DNA of 64,000 nucleotides from Peribolospora baueri (Eukaryota): NCBI GenBank assembly GCA_029717555.1, contig JAMDHS010000001.1, positions 434,001 to 498,000 of the forward strand, read 5' to 3'. Shown piece by piece: positions 61,107 to 64,000 of this stretch (position 1 is its first letter; each line of letters starts with the position of its first letter). The notes under the pieces were generated by a model. It saw only the letters and a program-made list of their open reading frames with translations, ran no database searches and was not told where the DNA came from. The position numbers and the translations under genes were made by a program.

Positions 61107-64000
61107 ATGCCCGCCCCCAGCCCGGTGACGACCTTCATCCTCGTTGAGCCTCTCCAGGAGCCGTCCACGTCGGCCACGGCTCTTATCGACGCCTTTCGAA
61201 TCACCTCTTCACGCCTGCTTTCCGAATACGGGTCTGTCGCGCTCGTCTGTTCCGTCCTCGCCCTCTTTGCGCTAGCCTCGTACGCCTTCGACTTTCCTCT
61301 CCTCTCGAGTGAGAGCATCCTCAACCCGCTTCCCTTCCCCTTGCCCACGAACCTCTCAGAGCTCCAAGCTCTCCTTCTTTTCTTCATCTTCCGTTTTCGC
61401 GACTCTGTGATGGACGTCGGAGCGAACGTGCTCTCTCTCCCGCTCAGCTTCGCTCCGGGCCTGTCCTCTCTCCCGGGCTACGCGTCCACCCGGTCTGTCG
61501 GCATCGATCACGATCGCGACGCCCATTTCATTACCAGGCTTGGCGTGCGGAATGTAGGGAAGCCAACGAAGAGGGTAGTGAGGAGCAGGGCAGAGACCTT
61601 GGGTAGGACTAGCCGGGCTGCGCCTGTTCACACCACTAAGAGCGAAGGGGTCGAGCTGAGAATCAGCGGGCTCGTCAACACGGGCAATACTTGCTTTTTA
61701 AACTCGGTTCTGCAGGTGAGCGAGCCTCCGTTGGGACAGTTCGCTTTTCAGCGGTGTGCGTGAAAGGGACGCTTGGCTTATTTGACCGCGGGCCACCTCC
61801 CGTGTCCCCTTAAAATTTTAGTCTCTAGCTTCGTTACCTCAACTTCGCACCTACCTCGATGACGTACAGCTGCTGGCGGAAAAGCTTGACGTGCCGACGC
61901 CCGTGACGGATGCCTTAAAGGAGACTTTGCTAAGTGTGTTCGAACCGCTTAATATATTGTCCGTTTGTCACTGTCTAACATCTCGCTTTTCGTTCAATAT
62001 CGTCTCGTCTCTCGTCCATCCAAAGGCCTCAACTATCCCCGCACCAAACGTCGCTCCTTCGTTCCGACAGACCTAGTCGAAGCGCTCTCTAGTAACCGCC
62101 GCACGCTCATCTCTGGTGCGCAGCAGGACGCTCAGGAGCTGTTTGGAATGCTCGAGGATGCTGTTGCGGTCGAGGCGGAGGAGGTGAGGGCCGAGGCGGC
62201 GAGAGAATTCGGCCTTCGGAACATCGACATCGATATCGGGTCGGAGGGTACTGGGGCAGCGCCGATCGAATTGGAGGTGTCCAAGCTTCTCAAAAATCCC
62301 TTTAAAGGTATGACGGCCAATCGCACTTCATGCGTCACCTGTGGATACACAGAGGCGGTACGTCATTTCGTTTTCAGAGAGCTCAGTGTGCCGGTGCCAA
62401 GAGCGGTAAGTCGTTCTCAAACTACTTTGAATGGAAGTGGGAGTGAGGTTAAGGACACCGTCTGACTCGGACATTCGAATTCCGTGCACTCATCCGATCT
62501 CTGCAGAGCTCCTGCTGGCTGGAAGAATGCCTTGCAGAGTATACCAAGCTCGAGCTGCTCCCTCCGGATTGGAGCTGTCGTCGATGCTCTCTTCTCGCCA
62601 CCCATCGCAGACTCCTGGCCGAGGTCGAGCGTCTCTCGTCTCCTCCGGAGTCTACCCCCAGGAAGGTCGTCGCGTCTACCTCGGCCTTCACCCTCGATTC
62701 ACCTCATTTCAACGACAATAACAAAAATGCCAACCCAGCCACGCTCGCCAAAGCCGATCGCAAAGCGGTCAAGGCGGCAGCGAAGGAAGAGAAGCTGTTG
62801 GCCACGCGTAGGAAGCGGCTTTACGAGGCGCGCAGGGCGGAGACTCGCGTTCGGGAAGCGTTGGAAAGCGGCGACTTGAGGGAGGACGAACCGGGCCGTA
62901 CGTTGGATGAGGTGTCCGTTGAGAGGGTCACGAGTCGGGCGGCTACGAAGCAGGTTATGGTCGGTCGGGTGAGTTTAGTAGCGAATGAAAGCGCGTCTGA
63001 CGCCATTTCGTACTGACTCGGACGGACCGTCGGTCCTTCTCCTTGCAGCCGCCAAGGGTGCTCTGCATTCATCTGAATCGCTCAGTGTACTCGCTCTCAT
63101 CGTTCGGAGCGACCAAGAATCCGTGTCGCGTCCTGTTCCCTGAATATCTCGACATCACGCCCTTCGCCACGACCGGCGAGCTTAGCATGCGTCCAGAGGC
63201 TCCCATCTCCAGTTCCTCTCCCCCCAAGTCGTGTGCTGACACGCCAAAGGCGGGACCAGCAAAAGGCGCTTCCCGTCAGGCCGCGCCAACCTTCTACCGG
63301 CTCGCAGCCGTCGTGGTACACTATGGAAGCAGCCACGCCTCCGGCCATTACGTTTCTTTCCGCCGCCGGCCTCCTTCCCACATCTCTTCTCGCTCTACCA
63401 CCCCCCTTCTCCCACCTCGCTTTGCTCATCCAGAGGGGTTGCACTGTGCCTGTTCCGAGTGCGTCACCTTCGGCCCGGTAGTTGACGCCTCCTCTGCTCC
63501 AATGGTGGACGCGAATGGCGTCCTCACCGGACGACCGACGGCACGAGCGGGACGGTGGGTTCGGATCAGCGATGAGACGGTGGAAGAGGTGTCGCTGTCC
63601 GACGTGCTCCGACAGAACCCTTTCCTCCTCTTCTACGAGCGTATCGAGCCTTGCTTATCGCCCTCGGAGGAGCGCGGTCACGGAAAGGGCAAGCGAGTCG
63701 ATGGAGACGCCCAAGAGCACATTCCTAGCGCGTTCGCCAACTTCGTCTTCCAAGCCAAAGCCAAGTCGAAAGCGTCCGAGAACAAGGGCAAAGGGAGAGT
63801 GGTGCACTCTTATGGGATCGGCGGCGCACGCGCCGGTCGTCGTCCTTCGCCACCGCCGTCGTCAGAGCCTTTGGCAGCGCTGGCGCGGGAGAAGAATGCG
63901 GAAGGTGTGCCAGGAAACGGGGAGCCACCGCTTCCGGACGGAGCAAGGTCGCCGTCCTCGACGGCCGATGATGGGTCTGCGGACGGGTATGGGTACGACG
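61107..64000 (+). CDS. Membrane-anchored ubiquitin-specific protease (USP30/Ubp16-like), 3' end outside window
   Basis: N-terminal hydrophobic segments, Cys box GLVNTGNTCFLNSVLQ, QQDAQE, LCIHLNRS, His box YRLAAVVVHYG..SGHYVSFRR, WVRISDETV, LLFYER. The frame stays open to the window end. Confidence 0.9.

Overview
Gene-dense, intron-rich, GC-rich eukaryotic DNA with GT-AG introns and CTRAC-type branch sites. Gene content and style indicate a fungus, most likely a basidiomycete (inference). Most genes are spliced, so the ORF track shows only fragments; gene models were rebuilt by hand from splice signals. Left to right: RAMP4/SERP1 (partial), ATP3, eIF2-beta, two tandem paralogous tiny secreted-peptide precursor genes, ADA2, FIS1, a probable mitochondrial DEAD-box helicase, U2AF small subunit, FOL1, a head-to-head RPS0/RPL14 pair, cytosolic Met-tRNA synthetase, a bacterial-type pyroglutamyl peptidase, PRKRIP1-like, a PPxY-tailed membrane protein, a PTS1-bearing acyl-CoA synthetase, an alpha-arrestin, tRNA-Phe(GAA), a ~4 kb island of decayed mobile DNA (pogo-type HTH, Helitron-type PIF1, unknown broken ORF), a secreted GDSL esterase, an alpha/beta hydrolase, a DHA1 MFS transporter, a Ser/Thr-rich membrane protein and a partial USP deubiquitinase. 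The best novelty candidate is the pair of 47- and 42-aa secreted precursors sharing an EPK-x-D-[YF]-xx-G-xx-WK core, whose architecture resembles the Cryptococcus Qsp1 quorum-sensing peptide. The second is the apparently horizontally acquired, actinobacterial-like pyroglutamyl peptidase. No database searches were run.
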